64,000 nt of DNA from Marsupella aquatica (Eukaryota > Plantae > Marchantiophyta). Location: NCBI GenBank assembly GCA_973895155.1, contig OZ316892.1:1068917-1132916 (forward strand). The letters run 5' to 3'. This document shows, piece after piece, positions 49,371 to 62,703 of this stretch; positions within the stretch are counted from its first letter, which is position 1, and each line of letters begins with the position of its first letter. Position numbers and translations under genes: made by a program. Under the pieces are notes generated by a model that did no database searches, was not told where the DNA came from, and worked only from the letters and a program-made list of their open reading frames with translations.

Positions 49371-50171
49371 GTGTATTGGCCATGGGAGCCCAAATCTCCC
49401 ATTGCGTTCTACCTGAAGCATAGGACAATGGTTGCTGACAAAGCGTTGATAGTGAATACGGAGGCATTAACTGGTCACCGTTATACTTACCTCAGGGGTA
49501 TTTCATTAAGGCGACACTGTCGGATTCTGTGGGGTAACCATTGGAGACCACCGGCCAATTACAACTTTAACGTACACAACCCCCAAAACATATGTGAAGT
49601 GCCAGCCGATTTCAAACCGGCAACTGGGGATATAATCATTCGTTACTTGAGCAAGAATCTGGTGTGGGACGAAACTGCTCTTGAGGAGGTTGGAGAACCG
49701 AGCGTTAGGATTGAATTTTCCAATGCAACACATTTCGTTGGAGACAAGCTGGGCGACGGAGATTGACTCTTGAGAGTTGGCTACGAACGTAGTGATCAGA
49801 ATAGGCAGTGGACACACGCTACCGCGGAACTGTATCGGTATGTGCTGAATCCTCGCAGTCATTGTAAGTTTTGGAAATTTATGGGCAGAGATACATACGT
49901 GTTTGGGGCACTGCCATGGCCTGAGAGACATGGGCTGTTCTCTGGAAAGGAACAAGAACAGCCATATCAAGATCCAGATAATGATTTGATGAGAGAGGAT
50001 TCATTAGCTAGAAAGACCGAAATAGATAATTCTCGGGCTGTGAGCTCATTTATAAATGGTCTCGGTTTCCAAAACATGGCCTATCCACTCAGGTGCCCAT
50101 GGTGGTATGACATTGCTAATCAGATGGCAAATATTCAGATTGGTGGGCATGGGGGAGGATGCTCCAGCTAA
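49371..50171 (+). pseudogene. Probable paralog of the 47303 repeat-domain gene with one in-frame TGA (49764-49766)
   Basis: ORFs 49371..49766 and 49770..50171 are in the same frame. FKPATGDIIIR...GDGD*LLRVG...ELYRY...WKFMG parallels FRDGDILL...ELFQY..WKFLG. Confidence 0.55.
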
Positions 50172-51276
50172 ACAGATAGTGTAATTCAGATGACGATACC
50201 TCAAATTGCTGCTTCGTCAAAATGATTCTCCCGCCCATTGCTATTCAGACATATTACCTAGATTGCTGGATCTGCAACAGCATCCTCCAGCCAGAAGCTG
50301 AATCAGACCAAGGGAGCTCCAAATGATGGTTTGTCCATAAGTACCCCAGCTAAGTCTTGTTTCAAAGGGAGAAAGCTGAAATTCTCGAGACAGAAATAAA
50401 TTATGCGGAACAGTAGCTTATTAAGAGTGACTGTTGGGAATGTAGAAGTTTCAGCCGAGTTGGACGGATACAAATGCGTCCTAATCTCTGTTGTCTGTGG
50501 TACTGCTTGTACATCGAACACACAGCAGTAGGTTTCTGCGAGGTGCATCTTACAGGGGTTGATACCTTGCACTTCCAGTGGCCGGCAAAAATTAGCAAAC
50601 ACATCTCTGACTCGGACCCGATAGAGGTGTGCGCCAAAGGAAAGCATCAGGATTACTTCCCATCTCCTTGACCCATTCAATGAAAAACGATCACTTTCGG
50701 AGAAATTCACAAGCTTAGATAAATTTCACACCTTGTCTAAATGCAAGTTTCCGTCACTTTCTGTTATCTGTACAGCGAAGGCAACCCTCGTAGACCTGAC
50801 TGTATTGGTAGACCAATAAGAGAAGTCAATAAGACTACGAACGGGCTCAATCACAGGTCTGAGGGCTAGAGAAGTACCACCTGAATGGTCTTCATTTTTC
50901 GAAAATGGACTGGAGCGTCCAAAACATTTGGCAAGTTTCCCAGCAAATCCTAGTCTAGCTAACCACAAAGCATGTCAATCAAGGAATAAGTATGATATCA
51001 AGCGTTCGATTCCTGTCAAGAGAGTGCTAATCAAGAAACAAGGATGTTCAAAGGGACACACTGATATAATCAAGGGTCCCAACCCTATCAACACTTTTGA
51101 GCCCTAGGACCGGAATTTTATTGCTGATCTAGCCATCGCAGACATGTCATTTAAAATGCGACGATACAAAATTTGAATTCAATATATGCACACTGAAGTG
51201 CAATCCTCAGCGCAACACCCAATTCGTACAAAATTATTCCACCAATGTATACTACAAAGTTAAATTTCTAAGGTCT

Positions 51277-52910
51277 TCAATCCGGACAACCAACCGCATC
51301 TCGCCATTTCAGGTATATAAGACCTGCTTCATAATGAGTGTAAGCACCAGCAACAACAAGAATATGAAAGATTTGATGGCTGTGGCCTACAATGTCAAAA
51401 AATCCAGGCTTCAGCCGCTCAGGAATTCTAGTGGCATACAATAATGCCCCCACTCCATAGAAAGCTCCCATCCCAACCTCATGAAGTATCGTGCTGAAAG
51501 CAGCGGGATCATCCTTGAAGAGAATCAGCTTGTGCACACCAGGAATCATACCTGAGATTCCCATACTGAAAAATAAGAGAGCTCGAACAGGTCTGAATTC
51601 TGGAGTTCTAAACATGGGCAAAGATGAAAATAGGATTGTTGATAGTCCTAAAAACGTGATTCCAAATAGGTAACCCTTCTGCAAGACAGGATGGCAGATG
51701 AAAGAGTAGTACAAAGGGGGATAGAAGGATGTTGCGATCAAGATGGCAATGCCAGCATGGTCCAGTCTGTGCAATATAACATGCCAGCGTTTGGAATGGC
51801 AATTGAGAAGGTGGTAGGTGCAGCTAAAGAGCAAGCAGCACATTGCACCGCCCAAGAAAACAAAGAACGGCCACCGGGTGATTTGACTTTGTGCTGAAGA
51901 GAACGGGATGACCAAATTGGTGATATTCTCTTCCACTTTCTGCAAAAACGGTCCCAACCAATCCACGCTTAACATTCTGTAAATTCCAAAGCAATATTGG
52001 AAAATGGTAGACACTAAACATAAAACTTTCCAACCTTACTCCAAACGGGACTAAATGTCCTCAAAGTATCTATGGTATCATTCGTCAAAACCTATTGGTA
52101 ATCCTCATCGTAAGATGAACAGCTTGGAACTACGAACCACAACCTTAGAGATCCAACCTGAATCTACCTGGTGCCAATGTGGTGGGCCTAAGGATGCGCC
52201 AACCTTCTGCTTACCATGCGTAGTTTCTCAAAATTAGCGGAGTAGGGGAAATCCACCACCTTCGGCAGATGTAAAACAGTGTACGATGTAAGGCTTAAAA
52301 AAATGAAGAAGCCCACCAAATGCCTGCAGCCAAAAGCAGGACAATTTTTTGCCGTGAGAAATAAAGAAATTTCCACCTCATTGAGAACTCTGGACACATG
52401 TGTCTCTCCATTTTCACAACTATTCTATGTAGAGTAAATGAATGAGAACGGAATTGCCTCAACAGGACTAAGAGGACTTGCGCTCCACCAGCCGGTACCA
52501 AGGGCCTAGAAACCAAGATAAACTAGCCACTGAGAATTAAAAGGCAGCTGCGCATTGTGGGACAGAGAGGTAGCTGCTGGAAACGTTGAAGAGATTTTCT
52601 TTTTCAATTAAATATAGCACTTTCTATAAATGAATGAGGGTATAACGGAATGAAGGCCTTACGTCCATATGTTGAGAGTCTCGTTATGTATACTGAACAA
52701 GCTGCCAAGCGCTTGCTTGAAAGGCCAATCAGAGCGATAGTGCCTCAGAATGTATTCATTGGTTTTCAAATGCTCAGGTAGATCCTGGTATTTCAGAAGC
52801 TTGTATTTTTTTTGCCCACCCACCGCCTTCGTCGACTGGTCTTTGGGCGTATCTGTGCAAGGTCCTGGCGGAGAATCTACATACTCTAAACTTATTCTCT
52901 CCCCGTCCAT
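51277..52910 (-). CDS. HHP: Heptahelical transmembrane protein (PAQR/AdipoR/HlyIII family); exons 52910-52663, 52323-52215, 51939-51277
   Basis: LPEHLKTNEYILRHYR, SLFSIHNETLNIWTH, TRWPFFVFLGGAM, HLLNCHS, LDHAGI, RIPERLKPGFFDIVGHSHQIFH motifs; GT-AG boundaries keep the frame. Confidence 0.93.
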
Positions 52911-53120
52911 CGCAATCTACAAATATCAAACCCGTCGATGTCTTGTAAGTCTGGCCACTACGGTTCGGCAACCGGTGTTTTATCAGACATCCCAACGGCT
53001 CTGCCCCTGCACAATCGACAACCAACAGGAACACAAAATAACCTGAGATCCATAACCCAAGTGTCCAAGCAAGAGAGATGATTATACCTCATAGATCGCT
53101 AATGAGCACTTCAGGGACCT

Positions 53121-54951
53121 GTGGAACATAATGCCATCGTACGAGAAGAGTAAACATGGACCTGGGCCTCTGTCTGATATTCCGGACGCGGCGGGAGGTC
53201 TCCTAAAGAGTAGGATGCAATACCACCCCAAATGCACAGACTCGGCAAATGAAGTATGACAAAGCAGTCAAACATTCAACAAAGAAATTAAAAATTGTCT
53301 CAAAGCGGTGCTAAAAGGAGGACCGAAGTTAGAATTGTACACCATTGACTAATTAATAAAGAATTTGCAAATCCATCAAAAAATAGACATTAGAATTCTC
53401 AAAATAGTCCAAAAGAGAAATTCCCAAAGAACCCCCCTCTGGGTAGAGAGCAATGCAGGGAGCTGCCCAGTCTTAAAATTGAGTGCAACTACAGGAGGGA
53501 AGGCATGGATCGATGCCTGTATGCATGGATAGACGAACGAATTCGAAGAAAGACAGATGGCAAGTGCTCCTGACTAAATGGTAGCTAACCAACCCGATGG
53601 TGAATGCTATCCTACCCTAAACCCAGACATTGAAAACTCTCAAAATGGTCCAGTAGAGAAATCCCAAATAACCCCGCTCTGGGTAGGAGAGCAATGCAGG
53701 GACTGCTCAGTCTTGAAATTGAGTGCAACTACAGGAGGCATGCATCGATGCCCGGGTGCATCGATAGATGAACGAATTCGAAGCAAGAAAGATGCCAAGT
53801 GCTCGTGAATAAAGGTAGCTAACCAACCCATGGTGAATGCCATCCTACGGATGTAAGTGCGCCCACTTCATGTATGAGAGAAGTGGATGTAACTCGCAGT
53901 GGGACAGAGCTAAGAGAACGAGGGTGAGTATGGACCATTCAATAGATGTATTCCGTTTCGCGAATCTCAAATGGCAGATAAAACCCACGGCAGAGATGTG
54001 GAACAATTCTGTTGCAAGCTCAGATCTGCAAATGGTGAAGCGCATGAACGTACGTTGCTCGCTCCATGCCTATTGATGGAATATATCAACCAGGTCACAA
54101 ATGGTTTGTCCTCTACTTACTCTCTCGTGTGGAAGGATAGAGTTCACGATGGAGCGGATTAACACTACAGCCGAAGGTGTCCACCATTAACAATAGTCGG
54201 ACAAGCACCAACATGAAGGAGCGATGCTTCACGCGTGAATGGTGACTAGATTTCTAATGGAAAGGCTACTGGACAAAGGAAAGTCCCAACAAACTCAAGT
54301 CACTCTCCAGCTTGGCTGACTGTCTGCAACAGCAGAACGCGAAAAGAAACGGGACGAATGCGTCTTCCTCTCCGCTACGTGGCGCGAGAGGTCGCGAAAA
54401 GTCCATCACCTTGGCAGGGCAAACACAGGAGAGGCGTACGGACGGAACTAGAGAGCAAGACTGCGAAATCGACAAGCTCTATCGACGAAAAATTGACCTC
54501 GGCCACATCGCAACGTTTTGACAGACACCAATCTTTCCCAAACAATCCATCGCACCAGGCAAATAACACAGACCAGAGGACCAGAGCCGAGATTTCATAC
54601 CCAATATTACAGTCACACACACGTCGAGACCACGATATTAACACGCCAACAGCACGCACTGTCGAGCCTTCCCCTTCCCCTTCCCCCGAGACTTCCTTCC
54701 TTCCTTCCTTCCTTCCTTAGAGCTTTCTCCACAATCTCTCCTCTCAAAAAGCGCACTCGAAGCAGAGCCACTGAAAAAATGTCGGGTAGGAAAAACCCAA
54801 GTTGGTTAGAAAGACAGCAACCATTCCCTTCCTTCTCAATTGATCGAAGAACAATTAGTGAGCGACAATTTCAAGCAAGCCACACACATGCGCTCTGCAA
54901 CGGACGCTCCTGCACAAAGCTAATAAATTGTGCCAAAAGCAGAAGAACACC
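53121..54951. repeat. Left arm of a ~1.8-kb diverged inverted repeat (contains an internal ~230-bp tandem duplication)
   Basis: Reverse-complement matches to 59272-61073 along its length, e.g. aaagcagtcaaacattcaacaaagaaatta and gcatgaacgtacgttgctcgctccatgcctattgatggaata. Confidence 0.9.
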
Positions 54952-55439
54952 GCCCATGAACGTTGCTGAGCTGCAAGAGCAGGGGGACGGTGTAACGGTG
55001 GCAGGGTGAGGTGGAGGACACTGCCTACTTCATTGCTCGGAGTATGATACCTCGACGAATCGTGACGCAGTCGGTGACGCAGTGTGGGGAGATGGTTTCT
55101 TCGTCCGCAAAGGAAAGACCGCCAGCAGAGTGTAGAAGAATTGAAGAAAGGTGAGAATTGAGGAAAAAGTAAATCCCAAAGACAAAACTCTCAGAATTTC
55201 TTGACCACACCTCGTTGACGTCTCGTTCCTTTCCAATTGCTCTACTACTGTACAGCCGATCGATCTTGAGAGAAATTGAGCTCCATTGCGGGGACAGGCC
55301 GTGCCCCACTTCTCTGATGTGTCCTCGCCCTGGACCTCCATCATACCGTAGCCGCCTCTACGAAAGGTAAAACGTGGGGCTACGGTTCGAGGAAGAGCTT
55401 TCATGGACTACAAAATTTAAGCCAAAATGTATAAGTATT

Positions 55440-56070
55440 CAGTATGTACGGTGAACTTTACGAGGTATAGGGTGACAGTATGTCAACCCGTGTATGTGAG
55501 GATAAATACGGGAGACTCTATGCTCGTGAAGAAATACTTATTTATTGATTGTATCTTCAGGTAATGTGTTTATAAACCACCACTGTCCATATAAAAAGAG
55601 AAGTGTCCAAGACTCTTCACTTTTTCACATTAGTCTCGACTAGCGTGAAACTTTGCTCCACAATTTCAGGAAAAGTATACTAAAAATGGTGTAACCTGGT
55701 TTTGTCATGGACAGTGGCGGTTGTCAAAACATATAGGATTAGGGACTTAAGGTGAACTTTACTAGGTATAGGGCGACCATATATGGACTTTACTAGGTAT
55801 AGGGCGACCATATATGGACCTGTGTAAATGAGGAGAAATATGGGAGAATGTATGTTAGTAAAGGAATACTTACTTTCAGATTATGTGTTTAGTTATGATT
55901 GGCTTACAATGACCCTGTCAATGTCAACGTTATGAGCTATAGGGTGACCATATGTCGACCAGCTTATGTGGGGAGAAATATGAGAGACTATATGCTTATC
56001 AAGTAATATGACTATGTATTTGATCTTACTTTCAAGTTATGTGTTTATTATTTATAATTGGCTCACAATG
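55440..56070. repeat. Three degenerate copies of a TATAGGG.GAC.ATAT...GAGAAATA unit around a small inverted repeat (CCACTGTCCAT/ATGGACAGTGG, ~55580-55718)
   Basis: Copies near 55450, 55750-55800 and 55940. Confidence 0.6.
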
Positions 56071-59000
56071 ACCTCATTTTCAAAGTGTTTTCAACACTCA
56101 GCTTTGCACACAGTCAGGAGATCTTGTAATGAGACATTAAAACTTATAGGTGGAGTCCTATCAATATAATGGACAAGGACCATCAAGCAAAGGGTTACAA
56201 CTACAGCTCCATGTGTAAAGGGAAGAGCTGAGAACTAGGATGGAACTTCCATTGTTTATGCAAACTAGCCTTATTACCAGAGCTATTTTTAGTGGCAACA
56301 ATTAGCCAAATTTCACCTTCCCAAAAAGCTGTGGCAGTTAGGCTAAAATTTGTTCGTATTGTATTTTTCTGTCGCTTTAGCCAGTGTCCCACCTAATGGT
56401 CATCCTTAAATCTAGGGAAATCTGACAATCAGGAAAATAATCAGATAAATAATATTTTGAGCATTTTTTCCTTCACACACTGGACATTCAACACTCTGGC
56501 AACAAAGTAAAAACCTTAAAATATATGCTGCACCTTAGTTCTTACAAGTTTATTGAAGGCCCTTGCTATTCCCCTAATGTGTTGCCCAGAAGTATCCTTT
56601 CTCTGGACAAAAATTAAGTACTACAATCCATGTATGGGCAGAGATTTTAGCTTGAACGCTGTGACCAAGAAAGCTCAAAAAATCTTTCCCACTGTTGTGT
56701 TGTCAGTAAAGTTTTTTTTCACTTTCTGGTCACAAGGTTACTGGCTAGTATTTGCATTATTCTATACAAAAAAAGAGATGAGGAGACAAAGAAAACTTTG
56801 CATGTACTAGCCTTAGAACTAGTGCTCAGTATGTAAGGGAAGAGCTAAGAACTAGGACAAAATTTCCATCTTTTATCTAACTAGCCTTATTACCTGTTTA
56901 TTGAACATAAATAGAGATGAGGAGACAAAAAAAAGCCTTGCAGAAGGAAGGAGATATATGCTTGATGGGTGCTTGATGGGCCCTCGGGTGAACCTTTCTT
57001 ACCTGATGGGCCCCTAGGTAACTTTTTTTACCAAGTAGGACCCCTCTTAATGACCAGTACAGCTGTTCTTGTGTGGTGCCTACACCTGTCCTTGTGTGGT
57101 GCCTACTATGTATGGTGACTCCAAGCAAACTGCACAGTTAAACCGTGCAGTCAACCTTGCATGGTCGACCGAGAAACCACGGAGATGATTTGGGAGAAAC
57201 CGCGAAAAGCGATTGCCGCTGTCGAAACTATGATTTGAAGGCAATATGCATTATGTCTTCGGATTCAATGGGTTAATGCCTGAAGACTCAATCTGTTTGA
57301 TTCACTCGCGAGTACTTTCACTCCCAACAATACCATCTGGTCTCTCTATGCCTGTCTCGCGCCTACGCCTGCCTCGCGTCGCCATCAATGAGGGGATAAC
57401 AATGCCTCATCATTCCCCCTCCCCTCCGTGCCTCATTGTTCCCTCCCTCCCTTGCGAATCCCTTTGACCTTAGCAATTCCCTCCCTCCCTTCATTATGGA
57501 CAATCCCCCCTTGCAAATGCTCCCTCTGATATGGGCGAGCCCTCCTTGCACAGTGCAACGCACTGGCATAGGGTTCGTATAAACATAATAGGGTTTATCA
57601 TGATATGAGGGTATGGAGTGAACGAAGGATGATTGTATTGACATACTACAAATAACACCCAATGATTTAAACAAAACAATTGGGTTTATCATGACGTGGA
57701 ATGAATGCTTGGGAGGTTAACTTACTGCATATTTTGGGCTACCATATAGAATTTTAAACTAATGTAAATACTCCTATTTCATAAAAAAGATTCTAACAGA
57801 TTCTCTATCTCCTATGAATGATTTATTTTAGTTTATTGCAGATATTTATTAGGAAATATTCTACAAAATGGTGAGAGTCCAGTAACCGAAAGCATTACAA
57901 GCTTATGCTCTAACCCGAGTAACATGGGGCACGTGGAATCCCGTGTGAATCAGCAAGGACCACCTTGCAAGGCTACATACTCCTGGGTGACCGATAGCGA
58001 AGTTTATAATGCCTTCTTTTATGGCCTATGTCCTTTTCGGAGTTTAGCCAATTTCTATCAAAAATACAAATTTTGGGTTGCACATGGTTCATATAAATTT
58101 TGACAATCAACCCCTCAAGAGTAAATGGTATGAATTGAACAAGGACTAGTGTATTGGGGCCTACAACAAATAACATTCAATGATTTAAACAAAAAAACCC
58201 AAGTTTTATAAAGATGCGAGCTCAATCCCCGTGTGTTACACAAAAGTTGTTGTTGCGTACAAGTATGTTGATGGAGAAGGGTGTGCAAACCAAACATAAT
58301 TATTTTCTTCATATACCTTTCTCTTTTTCCAGTTCCTTTTTCTTTCACTCAAAAAGCCTTGCCAAATTTGAATCACAACCACTTTAAAAAAGGGCGCAAC
58401 TTCTTATTATAGTTTTTGATTGATGATTATAGTTTTCGATGGAGTGAATGGTGTGGAGTGAACCAAGGATGACTATATGGGGCCTTTAAACCGCCAGTGT
58501 CCGAAACTGTGGGAACACCAACTAGTCACTTTTTTTCTCATGGTAAAACTAATTGTGGTGAACAGGTTTTGCTTAGGTTTAGTTCGAACTACAATTATGG
58601 AGCTTGTGTTGGGCCAGGTTTAACCTGACGGGCAAGTTTATGGCTTGCCTGGCACATAAAACCGTCAAATGACGGTCCCAAAACGGTCAGTTTGACGTAT
58701 ATTCTTGGATATTCCCCCAGACTCCCGACCCGACCCGGCTCCCGACCCGCCCGGGACCCCACCCGGACCACGCCCCAGCCCACCCAAACCTGGCCCGGTC
58801 CTGGCCTCCCAATCCGCTCCCCGGCCTCCCGAACCCTTCCCGGACCCCTCCCCAACCTCCCGAACACCTCTCGAACCCCTACCAAAATGCTCCCGGCCTC
58901 CCAAACCCCTCCCCTGCCTCCCGAACCCATCCCGAACTCATCCGGAGGGGAGACCGGTTTATGTGGTTTCACGGGAAAATCCCCCAGTTTGACGGGCAAG

Positions 59001-59271
59001 GTCAATCGGGGGACCAGGGGGTGGGAGAGGGAGTGTCAGTCCGCCTCGAACCTAGAGCATGGAACCATGCTAAAATATTTTGTCCTGCCCTCCACAAGAG
59101 AAGACCAGCAAGGGAGAGGTAGTGTCAGTACTGCTTGGCTTGAATCGATCCAATAGGCAGTGAATCCTTTTTGGCTTTCCTTCGTCAAGGAGCTACTGAT
59201 TTATAATCGAGCCAAATCAAGTCCTCCGATATTGAACTCGATCACCCCTGTATCAAGCAACATTTATGGAA

Positions 59272-61073
59272 GGTACTCTTCAGCTTTCGGCACAATTGAT
59301 TAGTTCTGTGCAGGAGGCTCTGCTTTGGAGCGTCCAATGCAGAGCTGCTTGTCTGTCCCTTGCTTAAAATTGTCGCCGCTCACTAATTGTTCTTCGATCA
59401 ATTGAGAAGGAAGGGAATGGTTGCTGTCTTTCTAAGCATTTGGGTTTTCCTTCCCGACATTTTTTCAGCGGGTCTGCTTGGAGTGCGCTTTCTGAGAGGA
59501 GAGATTGTGGACGAAGCTCAAGGAAGGAAGGAAGGAAATCTCGGCGGAAGGAAGGCTCGACAGTGCGTTTTATTTGCGTGTTAATATCGTGGTCTCGACT
59601 TGTGATTGATCGTATTATTGGGTATGAAATCTCGGCTCTCTTCCCCTGGTCTGTGTCATTTGCCTGGTGCGATGGATTGTTTGGGAAAGATTAGGGTCGG
59701 TCAAACGGTGCGATGGGGCCGAGGTCAATCTCTCGTAGATAGAACTTGTCGATTTTGCAGTCGTTGCTCTCTTGTTTCGTCCGGAGGCCTCTCCTGTGTT
59801 TGCCCTGCTTAGGTGATGGACTTTGCGACTTTTCAAGCCACGTAGCGGAGAGAGACAGGCGCATTCGTCCCGTTTCTTGCCTCGTTTTACTTTTGCAGAC
59901 AGCCAGCCAAGCTGGAGAGTGACTTGAGTTTGGGAGTTTCCTTTCTCCAGTAACTTCTCCACTAAAAATCTAGTCACCATTCACGCGTGAAGCATCGCTC
60001 CTTCATGTTGGTGGTTGTCCAACTATATTTTATGGTGGACACCTTCGGCTGTAGTGGTAATCCGCTCCATCTGGAACTCTATTCTTCCACACAAGAGAGT
60101 AATAAGAGGACAAACAATTTGTGACCTAGTTGACGTATTCCATCAATAGGCATGGAGCGAGCAACGTACGTTCATGCGCTTCACCATTTGCAGAGCTCAG
60201 GTTGCAATAGACTGACACTGGATCTGAGCTTGCAACAGAATTGTGCCAGGCCTCTGGCGTAGGGTTTTAGTGGCTGCCTTTTGAAATTTGCGAAACGGAA
60301 TACCCCTATTTATGCATCCATACACGCCTAGTTCTCTTAGCTCTGTTCCATTGCGAGTTATATCCACTTGTCTCATACACGAAGTGGGCGCACTTACATC
60401 TATAGGATGGCATTTACCATGGGGTTGGTTAGCTACCTTTTCATCAAGAGCACTTGGCATCTTTCTTGCTTCGAATTCGTTCATCTATCCATGCACACGG
60501 GCATCGTGCATGCCTTCCCTCGTGTAGTTGCACTCAATTTCAAGACTGGGCAGTTCCCTGCATTGCTCTCCTACCAGCGCGGGGTTCTCTGGGAATTTTC
60601 TTTTGGACCATTTTGAGAGTGATCAATGTCTAGGGTTTAGGGTAGGATGGCATTCACCATCGGGTTGGTTAACTACCATTTAGTGAGGAGCACTTGTTAT
60701 CTTTCTTGCTTCGAATTCGTTCATTCTATCGATGCACCCGGGCATCGATCCATTCCTTCCCTCCTGTAGTTGCACTCAAATTTAAGGCTGGGCAGCCCCC
60801 TGGATTGCTCTCCTACCCAGTGCGGGGTTCTTCGGGAATTTCTCTTTTGGACCAGTTTGAGAATTTTGAAGATTCTCGTTTTATGGATTTTCAAATTCTT
60901 CACTTAATTATTCAGTGGTGTACATTTCTAACTTCGGCCCGTCTTCTTTTACCACCGTTTTGTGACAATTTCTAATTTCTTTGTTGAATGTTTGACTGCT
61001 TTGTCATGCTTCATTTACCGAGTGGTGTGGATTTCCCTGTTTACTCTTCGAGTAGGATGGCATTTATGTTCCA
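59272..61073. repeat. Right arm of the ~1.8-kb inverted repeat
   Basis: Reverse complement of 53121-54951, with substitutions and indels. Confidence 0.9.
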
Positions 61074-61165
61074 TAGGCATTTATGTTCTTGCGGTCTCCA
61101 GTGAGTGACGGGTGCACGGCGGTGGTGAGCTTATCGGGCACGAGAAGTGCATTCGTCTGTCGGAG

Positions 61166-62703
61166 ATGGCGGGTGATAAGGAACAAGGGAAGAAAGGGGC
61201 TGGCGGAAAGGAGGTTGCCAAAGACGAGAAGCCTAAGGCCATCAATCTCGATGACCACTACTCCATCAAGCGTGTCCTGGATGATGCCGTCTCTGAGGTT
61301 TGTTCAGCATAATATTGTCTTCATTTCATAAACTACCCCTCTTGAACCCAAACCCTAATCTTAAGAGCTAATTATTCACAGAATTCCAGCCTTGTCAGAG
61401 CTTGCAATGTATCACGTAATTGGAATTCCCTGTTCTCGAGAAGATTATAATATGCCTGGTAGAATAAATCTAGAGTTTGTTTAATTGGCTTGGATGGGAG
61501 TGATGCAAGAAAAGTCGACAATGCAGTTGGCGTTCTTTGGAATCATTCCAAAGAGCGTTGTCCTTTCACTTATGCCTTCTAGGTTAGATAGAGGAAGGTT
61601 TGTGATCCTGATCTTGGATATTAGCATTACAGGTGGTGTTGGGGCGAGGTTATGTGGAAAACGTGACTCTCAGCAACGTGAAGATGGGTATTGGTCTCAT
61701 AACTTGTTTAATTGCTGCGGCTGCACAATTCTACCCGAAGAAATTTCCCGACAACAAGACCTTTTTAATCGGCTGCATTGTTCTATATCCTTGCTATTTC
61801 CTTGTTTTTATTTCGAATGAAAAGTTGTGGCAATGCGCTTCAAACTTTTTTCAATTTTTGCATTCACGTGTATTGGAAATCCTTCCTGGTCGTCGAGCTC
61901 TCTCATCCCTCGTTCAGATTGGAACAAGTAGAACTTGTAGATCCAAGTGTTGGAATATGACATTCCTGAACTCGTCGAACAAGGAGCACTACTTTTCTTT
62001 TAGTTGCTTTTCTAGTCCATGTTGCAACCTTTGGTTCTTCCTTAATTAGCACACATATGTGTTCTTTAATGCCTTGTTGCAGTACATCATCTTTACACAA
62101 GAAAAGAATCATATTCTATTCACATATGCTTTTCCGGTATTTGCCCTATTCCCCGCTCTCTCCATTTCCACATCAGCATTCCTTGTGTCTTGTTTAAGTT
62201 CACCTTGTGTTCTTTTCGACGTTATCAGATATCTGAAGCTCTTAATGCTGGCCTGTCACAGGGTTCTTTCAGCAGCACTGGGCTTGCCATTTCATCGAAG
62301 CTTCCACGGTACTCTGACATTTACACTTTGACCATTGCAAGCGCTGACCCACAGTCCATTGCTGCTCATCCCCCAGCAGAGATTACCAAAAGTGTGACAA
62401 AGTGGTGCGTCCTCCTGCATATGATGCCTCGGTTACTTAGGAGCAGGGATCTCGAACGTCCTTCAAGTTCAGTTGTGATCTGCAGTCCATGCTCATGAAT
62501 CTCCTAGCATTGAGTGGGATTTTCAGATCATCAGAGTGTTTACAATGAGCCATTAGTCAGACTTTTCGATCTTAACTTTTCATATGGGTTGTTGCAGGTT
62601 TACCAAGGGTGGAGTTTTTCTAGAAGATCTCTTTTTCAGCGATGTTGAGAAACTGTTGGATGACTACAGCATTGACCCGAAGGAATCTCGTAAATCCAAA
62701 TAG
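61166..62703 (+). CDS. SPCS2: Signal peptidase complex subunit 2 (SPC25 family); exons 61166-61297, 61633-61784, 62055-62136, 62262-62404, 62598-62703
   Basis: NLDDHYSIKRVLDDAVSE, GYVENVTLSNVK, AQFYPKKFPDNK, EKNHILFTY, SSKLPRYSDIYTL and TKSVTKWFTKGG motifs; splice phases are consistent. Confidence 0.95.
61785..62054 (+). other. U12-type (minor spliceosome) AT-AC intron in SPCS2
   Basis: 5' end ATATCCTT, branch site TTCCTTAAT at 62038-62046, 3' end AC. Removal gives in-frame CIVL|YVFFN. Confidence 0.93.

Noticed and set aside
49764-49766. In-frame TGA as selenocysteine or programmed readthrough
   Set aside because: Land plants lack Sec machinery and no readthrough context is evident; a nonsense mutation is simpler.
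58595-59156. Overlapping Pro/Gly-rich ORFs on both strands
   Set aside because: By-products of a GC-rich low-complexity tract.
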